Of a stretch of DNA of 64,000 nt, positions 1-8,545 are shown piece by piece. The notes under the pieces were generated by a model. It worked only from the letters and a program-made list of their open reading frames with translations. It was not told where the DNA came from and made no database searches. The position numbers and the translations under genes are program-made. The stretch lies in contig CAXXYH010000004.1 of NCBI GenBank assembly GCA_963677925.2, forward strand, positions 2,240,001 through 2,304,000, in the 5' to 3' direction. Each line of letters opens with the position of its first letter. Positions within the stretch are counted from its first letter, which is position 1. The stretch comes from Spirochaetia bacterium (GTDB lineage: Bacteria; Spirochaetota; Spirochaetia; UBA9216).

Positions 1-225
1 GGACTTCGTTTTACAGATTCCGGAGTTGAACATAACCGTTTTGCGGCATTCAGGCTGTCACCTCTGGCTATAGGCAATGATTACAACGGCTACCGGGACA
101 GGATCTTTACTATGGGTGTTCTGTATAACTTTGACAGCGGTATGTTCTCGTTTACCTGGAATCTGCTTATTTTTGATATGTTTCTTAATACTGAATCTGT
201 ACTTGATGAAAAAGATCGAATATAG
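1..225 (+). CDS. 3' end of an upstream hypothetical protein (partial)
   Basis: Frame 1 is open from base 1 to TAG at 223-225 (GLRFTDSGVEH...FTMGVLYNFDSGMFSFTWNLLIFDMFL...KDRI*). It overlaps the likely start of the next gene by 20 nt. Not in the ORF track because its start lies outside the window. Confidence 0.6.
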   Translation, partial: GLRFTDSGVEHNRFAAFRLSPLAIGNDYNGYRDRIFTMGVLYNFDSGMFSFTWNLLIFDMFLNTESVLDEKDRI

Positions 226-1288
226 GCTTTTAAAATTTATACTGCTTGGCTATATTTTTCTCTGTATAGTGATTGCCGGTCTTAATTTCGGTATGGCTCC
301 GGGAAGCAGTAATGAGGTCTCCGGGCTGATTGCTCGGATATGGCATATCTACGAGAATCAGTTTAAAACTGTAATGCTCATAATCTCGGCCTATCTTAGT
401 CTGCGGCTTCTGCGCAGGGAGCGGAACAGCAGAATGAGGCGGCAGAATCTTGCTGCAATTACAGTATCTGCTGTGCTGCTTCATGTCGCCGGTCCGCTTA
501 TTGTCGGAACGGATGAACTGTACTTTTTCAGCATGCCTGTTCCCTGGTCTTCATATCCGCTCCAGATGCTGGCGGAAAGTTCAGCATTCAGGCAGAATTT
601 TCTCAGCCACTGGGGTGTCTCATCACTGATTCCGGTCCTCGTTTTTTCCGCGGCCTATACTCTGCTTCTTTTTGCAGCAACTCTCTTATTCGGGAGGAGG
701 GTGCAATGCAGTTTTATATGCATGTTCAACGGCTTTGTAGCTGAAGTTTTTGCTCCGGTTTTTCCTGTATTCGGAAAAAAAAGAAAGCCGGGTAAAATGT
801 ACAGCACAGCAATGGAGCGGGGATTAAGAATATTGCGGGTACTGCTACTGCTGCTTTCGCTGCTCTTCTGCATTTTTTGGATTATTGAGATTTTACATCC
901 CGGTAATGCATCAACAGCTTCCGTGGCCGGAAAGACTGAAACCTTTAAGTATCTTTTGATAGAGCTTTTTGCCGCCATGTTTTTCTGGCTTGTTTACAGC
1001 GGCAGAGGTTACTGCAGATACTGCCCTCTGGGTACCTTTCTGTCGCTACTTGCTAAGGCAGGCGGACAGAAAATATCAGCGCAATCCGGGTGCACCAAAT
1101 GCGGCCGCTGCGACAGTGCCTGTCCCATGGGTATCAGCATCCGTGAAAATGCGTTCGAAGCAAAACCTGTGAAAAGCCTTTCCTGTGTAGGCTGCTGTCA
1201 CTGTGTCGACGCCTGTCCAGAAAATGTACTGAAATATTCAACAGCTTTTATCGATTTCACCGGCAAAGCTGGTTCAAAAGGTCTATAA
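206..1288 (+). CDS. Membrane-bound 4Fe-4S binding protein (NapH/YccM-like polyferredoxin)
   Basis: Multiple TM segments, CSFIC and YCRYCP motifs, and two C-terminal CxxCxxCxxxCP motifs (CTKCGRCDSACP, CVGCCHCVDACP). Start moved from 77 to ATG 206 (MKKIEY) because 1-225 is coding in another frame. Confidence 0.8.
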   Translation: MKKIEYRLLKFILLGYIFLCIVIAGLNFGMAPGSSNEVSGLIARIWHIYENQFKTVMLIISAYLSLRLLRRERNSRMRRQNLAAITVSAVLLHVAGPLIVGTDELYFFSMPVPWSSYPLQMLAESSAFRQNFLSHWGVSSLIPVLVFSAAYTLLLFAATLLFGRRVQCSFICMFNGFVAEVFAPVFPVFGKKRKPGKMYSTAMERGLRILRVLLLLLSLLFCIFWIIEILHPGNASTASVAGKTETFKYLLIELFAAMFFWLVYSGRGYCRYCPLGTFLSLLAKAGGQKISAQSGCTKCGRCDSACPMGISIRENAFEAKPVKSLSCVGCCHCVDACPENVLKYSTAFIDFTGKAGSKGL

Positions 1289-1292
1289 TTAG

Positions 1293-2273
1293 GTGGATAT
1301 GCGAAAGACTTATTATCTGTTTTTCCTTGAACCTGAGAATAATGCCCCCGAGATTCAGATCTTTCCCGGTCAGATGTACACGATTGGGCGTTCTCCTTCA
1401 AGCAATATTCTTCTTTCTGACAGCAATGTCTCACGAAATCACGCAAAACTCGAGTTTATAAATGGAAACTTTTACCTCACAGATCTGGAAAGTACGAATG
1501 GAACATTCGTAAATGATAAAAAGGTAAAAAAAGCGGTTCTTAACAGTCTGGACAAGCTGACCTTCGGGAAGGCTGTATTCACTTTCTGGGTTAAGCAGGA
1601 GTTTGAAAAGGGTGTCGAGGCATCGGCATCTTCAAGTTCAGGCAGGGATACTTTCAATGCCCATACAATTAACGGAGAACTCGAAGAGCTGATATCAGAG
1701 GTAAGCGATCCGCTTTTACAGCAGAAATTGAATATGATCAAACAGAAACTTTCAAATAGCAGGAAAAATCTGATGGTTATGGCATTCAGGGATGAGCTGA
1801 CCGGACTTTTTAATAGAAGATATTTTGATAAAATCCTTGCACAGGAGCTGAAAAGAGCAAACCGATACAGACGTGATATGTCACTGATTATGGTTGATAT
1901 TGATCATTTCAAAAAATTCAATGATCAGTACGGTCACCAGAAAGGTGACTCGGTATTAAGAACTGTAGGTACCATAATCAGGGAAAATGTCCGCTCAACC
2001 GATGTCGCATGCAGATACGGCGGTGAAGAGATTGCAGTCGTCCTACCCGAGCAGGATTTGAAGCAAGCCTGCATGATAGCTGAAAAGCTGCGAATTAAAC
2101 TCGAGTCACTCGCAAAGGAAATTGAGGGTGTTTCTGTTACCGCAAGTTTCGGCGTCGGTTCGGCAGGCATAAAGCAGCTGAGTGCTGAAGAGCTGATAAA
2201 AAGAACCGATACAGCGCTCTATTCCGCCAAAAAAGCCGGACGTAACTGCACGCGCTGTATGAAAGAAGGCTGA
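1293..2273 (+). CDS. FHA-domain diguanylate cyclase (FHA-GGDEF)
   Basis: N-terminal FHA motifs IGR, VSRNHA and STNGTFVN. C-terminal DELTGLFNRR, DIDHFK, RSTD I-site and RYGGEEI. Confidence 0.92.
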   Translation: MDMRKTYYLFFLEPENNAPEIQIFPGQMYTIGRSPSSNILLSDSNVSRNHAKLEFINGNFYLTDLESTNGTFVNDKKVKKAVLNSLDKLTFGKAVFTFWVKQEFEKGVEASASSSSGRDTFNAHTINGELEELISEVSDPLLQQKLNMIKQKLSNSRKNLMVMAFRDELTGLFNRRYFDKILAQELKRANRYRRDMSLIMVDIDHFKKFNDQYGHQKGDSVLRTVGTIIRENVRSTDVACRYGGEEIAVVLPEQDLKQACMIAEKLRIKLESLAKEIEGVSVTASFGVGSAGIKQLSAEELIKRTDTALYSAKKAGRNCTRCMKEG

Positions 2274-2276
2274 GAA

Positions 2277-2296
2277 CCGGCTTTCTATAAAGCCGG
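2277..2296. terminator. Hairpin between convergent genes (possible bidirectional terminator)
   Basis: CCGGCTTT-ctat-AAAGCCGG, 8-bp stem overlapping the aguA stop codon. No long U tract. Confidence 0.45.
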
Positions 2297-3322
2297 CTGC
2301 TGCTGGGTTACACAGTGAATACCGCCGCCTCCGTGGAATATTGTAGCTGCCCTTTTAAAGGGAACTATCTCCCGATCCGGAAATACTCTGGTAAAAATCT
2401 GTATTACCTCCGAATCAGTGTTTTCCCCGAAGACAGGAAGAATCACGGCACCGTTGGCAAAGTAGAAATTCATGTAGCTTATTGCAAGCCTGCGATCTCC
2501 TTCAAACCGGGCCGGCGGCTGTGGAATCCTTATCACCTCAAGCCTTCTTCCCATAGCATCGGTACTGCTTTCAAGCACTCTTATATTTTCACGGAATATA
2601 CTATAGTTAGGATCCGCGGGATCATCGCATGAAAGATGCATAATTTTTCCCGGGGCGGCAAATGCTGTAATCACATCTATATGGCCGCCGGTCTCATCCT
2701 GATCATATCCTTCATCAAGCCAGATGACCTTTTCAGCCCCGAGGTATCTGCATAAAATTTCAGCAACCTCGGCCTCGTTTTTTCCGGAATTCCGGTTCTC
2801 ATTAAGCAGGGTGTTTCTGGTACAGATTACGGTTCCTTCCCCGTCGACATGGACTGCGCCGCCCTCGTTGAAGATCGGCGCCTTGTAGCATGGTATCTCC
2901 AGCTTCCTGCACAGACTTTCTGCAAGATGCTGATCCCTGTCCCAGTTGCAGTATTCCATGTCGCCCCAACCGTTAAATTTCCAGTCGGTACCTGCAAGAT
3001 TTTTTCCAGGGCCGACAAGGAAGCTCGGTAAAGTGTCCCTTGCCCAGGCATCATTCAGATCCTGGACAATAAGCTCAATACCTGCACCGCAGACTTTACG
3101 GGCTTCTTCGAGAGACTGTTCAGGGACAAGCATCCGCACGGGTTCGTATACTGAAATTGTCTGCGCCAGTGAGGCTATAACTTCTTTAATTTCAGCATGC
3201 CGTCCCCGCCATGCAATTTCATCATGCGGCCAGGCCATCCAGCAGCAGCTGTGGTGTTCCCATTCAGCCGGCATTCTGAAGCCGTCGTCTGCGGGTCTTA
3301 GTGTTTTCTCTGTTTTAAACAT
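2285..3322 (-). CDS. aguA: Agmatine deiminase
   Basis: RMPAEWE, DAWARD, EGGAVHVDGEGT, TGGHID and the catalytic GGGIHCVTQQQP motif. Confidence 0.95.
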   Translation of the reverse strand: MFKTEKTLRPADDGFRMPAEWEHHSCCWMAWPHDEIAWRGRHAEIKEVIASLAQTISVYEPVRMLVPEQSLEEARKVCGAGIELIVQDLNDAWARDTLPSFLVGPGKNLAGTDWKFNGWGDMEYCNWDRDQHLAESLCRKLEIPCYKAPIFNEGGAVHVDGEGTVICTRNTLLNENRNSGKNEAEVAEILCRYLGAEKVIWLDEGYDQDETGGHIDVITAFAAPGKIMHLSCDDPADPNYSIFRENIRVLESSTDAMGRRLEVIRIPQPPARFEGDRRLAISYMNFYFANGAVILPVFGENTDSEVIQIFTRVFPDREIVPFKRAATIFHGGGGIHCVTQQQPAL

Positions 3323-3323
3323 A

Positions 3324-4175
3324 TCAGTAGCTCATCAGCCTTCCGTAATTTTCCGGTCTGCGATCCCTCAGAAGCCCCCATTCCGCCCGGTCCTGCTCAA
3401 TCTGCTTCAAGTCAAAGGAAGCGGTGAGGATAGTCTCTTCGGTTTTGTCAGCCCTTGCCTGGAACTCGGCCCGGGCACCGGCAATAAAGGATGAACCATA
3501 AAATGTCATCGTTACCCCGTCCTGGCTTTCAGTCCCTATTCTGTTAGCCGCCGCAAGCGGAACCATGTTAGCTCCGGCATGACCGCGCTGGACTGTCTGC
3601 CAGTGGTCTGATGAATCCAGTCCCGGAGTTTCAGGTTCGGAGCCGATTGCAGTGGGGTAGAAAAGAAGTTCCGCACCCATAAGCGACATCGCGCGTGCGG
3701 CTTCCGGAAACCATTGATCCCAGCAGATCCCAACACCTATCCTGGCGTATGCTGTCTGCCAGACTTTCAGCCCCAGATCTCCCGGCGAGAAGTAGAATTT
3801 CTCCTCGTAGCCTGGTCCCTGCGGAATATGATTTTTACGGTAGATGCCGAGGGTCTTTCCGTCTACGTCAATTACAGCCACGGAGTTGAAATATGCCTTT
3901 CCGGCCTTTTCAAAAAAACTGATCGGAAGAACAACTTTTTTTTTCCTGGCCATTGCCTCAAAATCAGCTCTGCCTGGATGTTCCTCCCAGCTGAAGGCGC
4001 GCGTGAATTCGCGGCCTTTCTGAGTCTTGCAGAAGTACGGGCCCTCGAAAAGTTCAGGCAGCAGAATTATCTGAGCTCCCTGCTCCGCAGCCTCTCTAAT
4101 CTTCTGCAGGGCTTTTTTTCTGTTTTCTTCAGCTGATTCTGAACAGCTCATCTGTACAGCGGCAATTTTTACCAT
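3324..4175 (-). CDS. aguB: N-carbamoylputrescine amidase (nitrilase family)
   Basis: Glu-Lys-Cys triad (ELFEGPYFC, YRKNHIP, GICWDQWFPE), PTAIGSEP, adjacent to aguA. Confidence 0.95.
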   Translation of the reverse strand: MVKIAAVQMSCSESAEENRKKALQKIREAAEQGAQIILLPELFEGPYFCKTQKGREFTRAFSWEEHPGRADFEAMARKKKVVLPISFFEKAGKAYFNSVAVIDVDGKTLGIYRKNHIPQGPGYEEKFYFSPGDLGLKVWQTAYARIGVGICWDQWFPEAARAMSLMGAELLFYPTAIGSEPETPGLDSSDHWQTVQRGHAGANMVPLAAANRIGTESQDGVTMTFYGSSFIAGARAEFQARADKTEETILTASFDLKQIEQDRAEWGLLRDRRPENYGRLMSY

Positions 4176-4200
4176 CGTTTTAATCCTTTACCCCTCAGTT

Positions 4201-5550
4201 TTATATAGCCAGTTCTTTCAGTGTGTCATCGAGCCTGTTCAGAATCTCATCAAGAAGATTCATCGGAATATTCAATGCAGGTTCGATTCTTATTACCTTT
4301 GAGTTGTTCAGCGTTCCGCTTGTCAGCACGTTTCTTTTGAATAAACCTGCTGCAACCTGATAGCCTACATCTCCGTCGGTGAATTCCATACCTATGAGCA
4401 TTCCCTTTCCTCTGACGTTTTTCAGTACTGAGGGATATTTTTCTTTCATCTTGTTCAGTGCATCAATGGTGTAAACACCCTTTTCTGCCGCCTGGGCGGG
4501 AGTGTCTTCCTCAAGCATTACTTCGATTCCTGCAAGTGCCGCAGCGCAGGCAATCGGGTTGCCTCCGGTTGTTGTTGTATGCATGAACGGGTTCGGTTCC
4601 ATACAGGACCAGATTTCCGGTGTAGAAAAGAATCCGCTGCAGGCCACGACTCCGCCGCCGAGAGCCTTTCCGAAACACATGATGTCGGGTGCCGTATCCC
4701 ATACATCGACTGCGAATGTTTCTCCTACACGGCCGAAGCCTGTCTGTACTTCATCGGCAATAAGCAGTACTCCGTACTTGTCGCAGATTTTTCTGAGTTT
4801 CGGCCAGAAATCATCAGGCGGTACAATGGCTCCTGCTTCTCCCTGAACGGGTTCGGCGATAACCGCAGCAATGCCTTTTCCAACCTGCGCCGCTTTTTTC
4901 AGTTCCATCTCAACGGCATCTGCATCTCCGAAAGGAGCGTAATCTACATTACCAAGTAATGGAAGCAGGGGTTCCCTGAATACCGATTTTCCCATTAATG
5001 AGAGTGAGCCGGCTGTTTTACCGTGAAAACTGTTGAGCATTGAAATAAAGCCCGGTTTTCCCGTATACAGTTTTGCAAGCTTCATTGCACCCTCAACCGC
5101 CTCTGTTCCGCTGTTCGCAAAGAAGCCGTACTGAATATCACCGGGGGTAAGGTTTGCAAGGACACGTCCAAGCTGGGCCCGTACCGGATCCAGCATCTCC
5201 TGGCTGTACTGGGGAGAGCGTTCAAGCTGCGCCTTTACATTTGCAACAACAGCAGGATGGGCTATTCCGAGACTGTAGAGACCAAAGCCTCCCAGGGCAT
5301 CAATAAATTCCCTGCCCATTACATCCTTTATAATGGAACCCTGTCCCGTCCATTCGGTAAGGGCATAATCACCTGCTATAGTCGCTGATTTTCTGTGTTC
5401 AAGAAAACCCTTGTTTATGTAGTCAGCGAAGTTTTCCGTTGTCTTGGTTACGATCTCTTTTTTAATTTCGTCGGTTAAAGCTGTTTTTCCTGTAATGATG
5501 GAGTTCATCCATTTGGCTTCTGCTAAAGCCGCCTGTTTATCTCTGCTCAT
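4201..5550 (-). CDS. patA: Putrescine aminotransferase (class III PLP)
   Basis: DALGGFG, NSGTEAVEGAMKLAK, DEVQTG, FGKALGGG, HTTTTGGNP. Closely resembles PatA/YgjG and sits in a polyamine context. Confidence 0.88.
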   Translation of the reverse strand: MSRDKQAALAEAKWMNSIITGKTALTDEIKKEIVTKTTENFADYINKGFLEHRKSATIAGDYALTEWTGQGSIIKDVMGREFIDALGGFGLYSLGIAHPAVVANVKAQLERSPQYSQEMLDPVRAQLGRVLANLTPGDIQYGFFANSGTEAVEGAMKLAKLYTGKPGFISMLNSFHGKTAGSLSLMGKSVFREPLLPLLGNVDYAPFGDADAVEMELKKAAQVGKGIAAVIAEPVQGEAGAIVPPDDFWPKLRKICDKYGVLLIADEVQTGFGRVGETFAVDVWDTAPDIMCFGKALGGGVVACSGFFSTPEIWSCMEPNPFMHTTTTGGNPIACAAALAGIEVMLEEDTPAQAAEKGVYTIDALNKMKEKYPSVLKNVRGKGMLIGMEFTDGDVGYQVAAGLFKRNVLTSGTLNNSKVIRIEPALNIPMNLLDEILNRLDDTLKELAI

Positions 5551-5609
5551 TTTGTAACTGTATCTCCTGTCTTTATTTAAAACATTTTGTAATAATCGAA
5601 TATTACGGG

Positions 5610-5645
5610 GAAGTATATTCAGCCTATTGGAGCTGAATATACTTC
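5610..5645. repeat. 14-bp perfect inverted repeat downstream of potD (stem-loop, mRNA stabiliser or attenuator)
   Basis: GAAGTATATTCAGC-ctattgga-GCTGAATATACTTC. A second 9-bp hairpin (TTAAAATCA-gaa-TGATTTTAA) lies at 5658-5678. Confidence 0.7.
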
Positions 5646-5684
5646 AATCATAAGCCTTTAAAATCAGAATGATTTTAAGATTTA

Positions 5685-6749
5685 TTACCGGGTCTTAATC
5701 ATCTGCCAGAGTTCTGAATAGATCTGGTTGTTCTTTCCGAGATCCTGAATGTACTGCAGTTTTTTCTGTGTTTCCTCATCAGGATAGATTGCAGGATTTT
5801 CAAGAGCTTCCGGATCGATCATCTGCAGTGATGCGGCGTTTGGTGTTGCAAAGTAAATATAGTTGGACAGTCTTGCTCCGACTTCAGGATCAAGAATGAA
5901 CTGAATGAATTTGTTTGCCAGAGTCGGGTTCGGAGCTTCGGCCGGTATACAGAGGCTGTCCATCCAGATTACCGTTCCTTCCTTCGGTACAATAAATCCG
6001 AAATCAGGGCTTTCGTCAACAGCAATCATACCGTCACCGTTGTAGGCCATTGCAATCTCTACGGTATCTGCCATCAGTTTGTTTCGTCCGCCTACGTTGG
6101 CTTCAAATCCCTGAAAACCGGGGTTCTTTTTTGCCTTGATTAGCACATCTGCGGCTTCCATCAGCTCATCCTTGTCGAGGGTGTTTATATCATAGCCGAG
6201 GTAGGCTAGGACTATACCAATCTGTTCACGTTCAGAATCCATAAGAACAAAGGGGACGTCATCCGGATTTTCAAAGATGGCAGCCCAGCTGCTGTAATCG
6301 CTTACCGAAGTCTTATCAAAAACCATTCCGACGGTACCCCACTGATAGGCTGCAGAATAGACGTTGCCTTCGTCGAATGGCGGGCTTATGAAATTATCGC
6401 TTAAGTTGGATACGTTTGTTACAACGCTTTTATCCATCGGCTGAAGCAGTCCCAGTTCGATCAGGCTGACCATTATGTAGTCGGAAGGAACTACCAGATC
6501 GTACTGGCTTACACCGCCTGCCTGCAGTTTTGCGAGCATTTCCTCGTTGGATTCGTAATAGTCGATTACAACTGTGCAGTCATACATTTCTTCAAAATCA
6601 GTGATGATTTCAGGATCCATGTATTCGGTCCAGATGTACAGGTGAAGTTCCTTGCTGTCCTTCGGAGCTTCCGATTCAGACTGTCCTCCGGCAAAAACCT
6701 GGGACATTACAACCGCGAGCATTACCAGTGCAAGCATCAGTTTTTTCAT
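5685..6749 (-). CDS. potD: Polyamine ABC transporter substrate-binding protein (PotD/PotF family)
   Basis: Signal peptide ending VFAGGQSE, LYIWTEYMDP, YESNEEMLAKL, YDLVVPSDY, YQWGTVG, PKEGTVIWMD. Confidence 0.9.
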   Translation of the reverse strand: MKKLMLALVMLAVVMSQVFAGGQSESEAPKDSKELHLYIWTEYMDPEIITDFEEMYDCTVVIDYYESNEEMLAKLQAGGVSQYDLVVPSDYIMVSLIELGLLQPMDKSVVTNVSNLSDNFISPPFDEGNVYSAAYQWGTVGMVFDKTSVSDYSSWAAIFENPDDVPFVLMDSEREQIGIVLAYLGYDINTLDKDELMEAADVLIKAKKNPGFQGFEANVGGRNKLMADTVEIAMAYNGDGMIAVDESPDFGFIVPKEGTVIWMDSLCIPAEAPNPTLANKFIQFILDPEVGARLSNYIYFATPNAASLQMIDPEALENPAIYPDEETQKKLQYIQDLGKNNQIYSELWQMIKTR

Positions 6750-6794
6750 TCTATTCTCCTATTTATTTGTTGTTTTCTATATACGGCAGCAATC

Positions 6795-7607
6795 CTAAAA
6801 AGCTATGGATGCTGTTTTCTCCGCTCCGATAACCTTCTGCATTACCATTACAGAGGTAACCGTTATTGCCATAACCAGTGTCGAAAGTGCGTGGATTTCC
6901 GGTGTAACTCCGCGTCGTACCGATGCGTAAATAAACAGCGGCAGGGTTGTTGACTTCGGACCTGCTGTAAAAAAGCTGATTACGAAGTCGTCAAGAGACA
7001 GGGTGAATGCAAGCATTGCACCGGCCATAATACCAGGTCCAAGCATGGGCAGCAGAACCTTGCGAAGCATCCTTCCGTAGCCGGCGTAGAGATCGTACGA
7101 GGCTTCCTCGACCTCTGTTCCAATCAGTTCGAGTCTGCTGTAAACAGCCAGGGCAACAAAGGCAATCTGGAATGTTACATGGCCTACAATCATCGTAGCA
7201 AGGCCCAGTTCAAAAAGGCCTGTAAGCGCGCGAATCGCCCCGAATGCAATAACAAGTGCAACCGCAAAAACTATATCCGGCGTAATCACCGGCAGATGCA
7301 TTACCATATCCAGACCGCGTTTCATTTTCCGCGGCCAGGGATATCTGTATAGGCCGATGGCTGCGGCTGTCCCCAGTATTGTTGAAATGGCGGTAGATAC
7401 CACTGCCAGAATAAGGGTGTTAACTGCAATCCTCAGAATATATTCATTATGAAAGAGCTTCTGATACCATCCGAGTGTAAAGCCTCCCCATGTAAGGCCA
7501 ATCTTGGAGGCGTTAACCGAAAATACAGCTATTGAGAGCATTGGAACATAAAGAAAGAATATGCACATAATTGCCAGAAAAGAGATTATCCTGCTGTTTT
7601 TATTCAT
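6795..7607 (-). CDS. potC: Polyamine ABC transporter permease
   Basis: EEASYDL EAA loop, LAFTLSLDDFVISFF, TTLPLFIY. Confidence 0.9.
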   Translation of the reverse strand: MNKNSRIISFLAIMCIFFLYVPMLSIAVFSVNASKIGLTWGGFTLGWYQKLFHNEYILRIAVNTLILAVVSTAISTILGTAAAIGLYRYPWPRKMKRGLDMVMHLPVITPDIVFAVALVIAFGAIRALTGLFELGLATMIVGHVTFQIAFVALAVYSRLELIGTEVEEASYDLYAGYGRMLRKVLLPMLGPGIMAGAMLAFTLSLDDFVISFFTAGPKSTTLPLFIYASVRRGVTPEIHALSTLVMAITVTSVMVMQKVIGAEKTASIAF

Positions 7608-8545
7608 TTTGATGCTCCCTCTGCCTTCATTTCATTTTTTCTGGTGATAAAAAGAATAACCAGCGTCATTATCATCATTGTCAGGCTGACCATTGCGCCG
7701 AAAGGCCAGTCACGGCTTGTTCCGAACTGCTGCTGTATCAGGTTTCCGACCAGCATGTATTTGGCGCCGCTGAGCATATCCGGAACAACAAACATTCCCA
7801 TTGCCGGGATCAGGGTAAGGGTTATTCCGACAGAAAGGCCCGGCATAGTCTGCGGCAGTATCCCGTGGCGGAATATCCTCCAGGGCCCGCCGTAAAGATC
7901 GGAAATCGCCTCAATTAGGCTCCAGTCCATTTTTTCCACTGAGGCGTAGAGCGGCAGTGTCACAAAAGGAAGAAAAGTTGAAATCATTCCCAGGTATACG
8001 GCAAAGGCGCTGGGATAGAGCGCAGCCCCCTCCTTGATGAACCCGAGTGCCGCAGCAAGTCTTGAAAGAGGCATTTGCGGTGCAAGAACCAGAAGCCATG
8101 CGTAGGTCCGTATTACCAGGTTTGTCCAGAATGGTACAAGAAGAAGCGCCAGCCACATACCCCGTTTCTTCTTCGGCTGTGTGGCAATGAAGATTGCAAG
8201 GGGGTAGGACATAACTGTGCACAGAAACGTAGTTACAACAGCTACCACAATGCTCCGCCAGATAATAAGCAGATTATCAGCGGACCAGCCGAAAAAACTG
8301 AATCCGAGCAGCCGTTTAACATTGGCAAAAGAAAATGTCCAGTCAACATCACCGTAAGTTCCGCGCTGGGCAAAACTCATAACGGCAAGCGACAGAATCG
8401 GTATTGTCAGAAAGATAACCACCCATACAAGGCCGGGAGTCAGAAAGACGCTTCCCCTTGTAAGCATTTTTTTCCTGCTGTTCAGTTCTCCGTTGAAAAC
8501 AATGTAATCTTCCGGCACCGTGTTTTCAGAATGATCCTTATTCAT
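7604..8545 (-). CDS. potB: Polyamine ABC transporter permease
   Basis: PFWTNLVIRTYAW, LIEAISDL, IQQQFGTSRDWPFGA. Confidence 0.9.
   Translation of the reverse strand: MNKDHSENTVPEDYIVFNGELNSRKKMLTRGSVFLTPGLVWVVIFLTIPILSLAVMSFAQRGTYGDVDWTFSFANVKRLLGFSFFGWSADNLLIIWRSIVVAVVTTFLCTVMSYPLAIFIATQPKKKRGMWLALLLVPFWTNLVIRTYAWLLVLAPQMPLSRLAAALGFIKEGAALYPSAFAVYLGMISTFLPFVTLPLYASVEKMDWSLIEAISDLYGGPWRIFRHGILPQTMPGLSVGITLTLIPAMGMFVVPDMLSGAKYMLVGNLIQQQFGTSRDWPFGAMVSLTMMIMTLVILFITRKNEMKAEGASK

Noticed and set aside
77-205. Long N-terminal extension of the 4Fe-4S protein in the ORF track
   Set aside because: It overlaps an open frame running 1-225. ATG 206 is the more plausible start.
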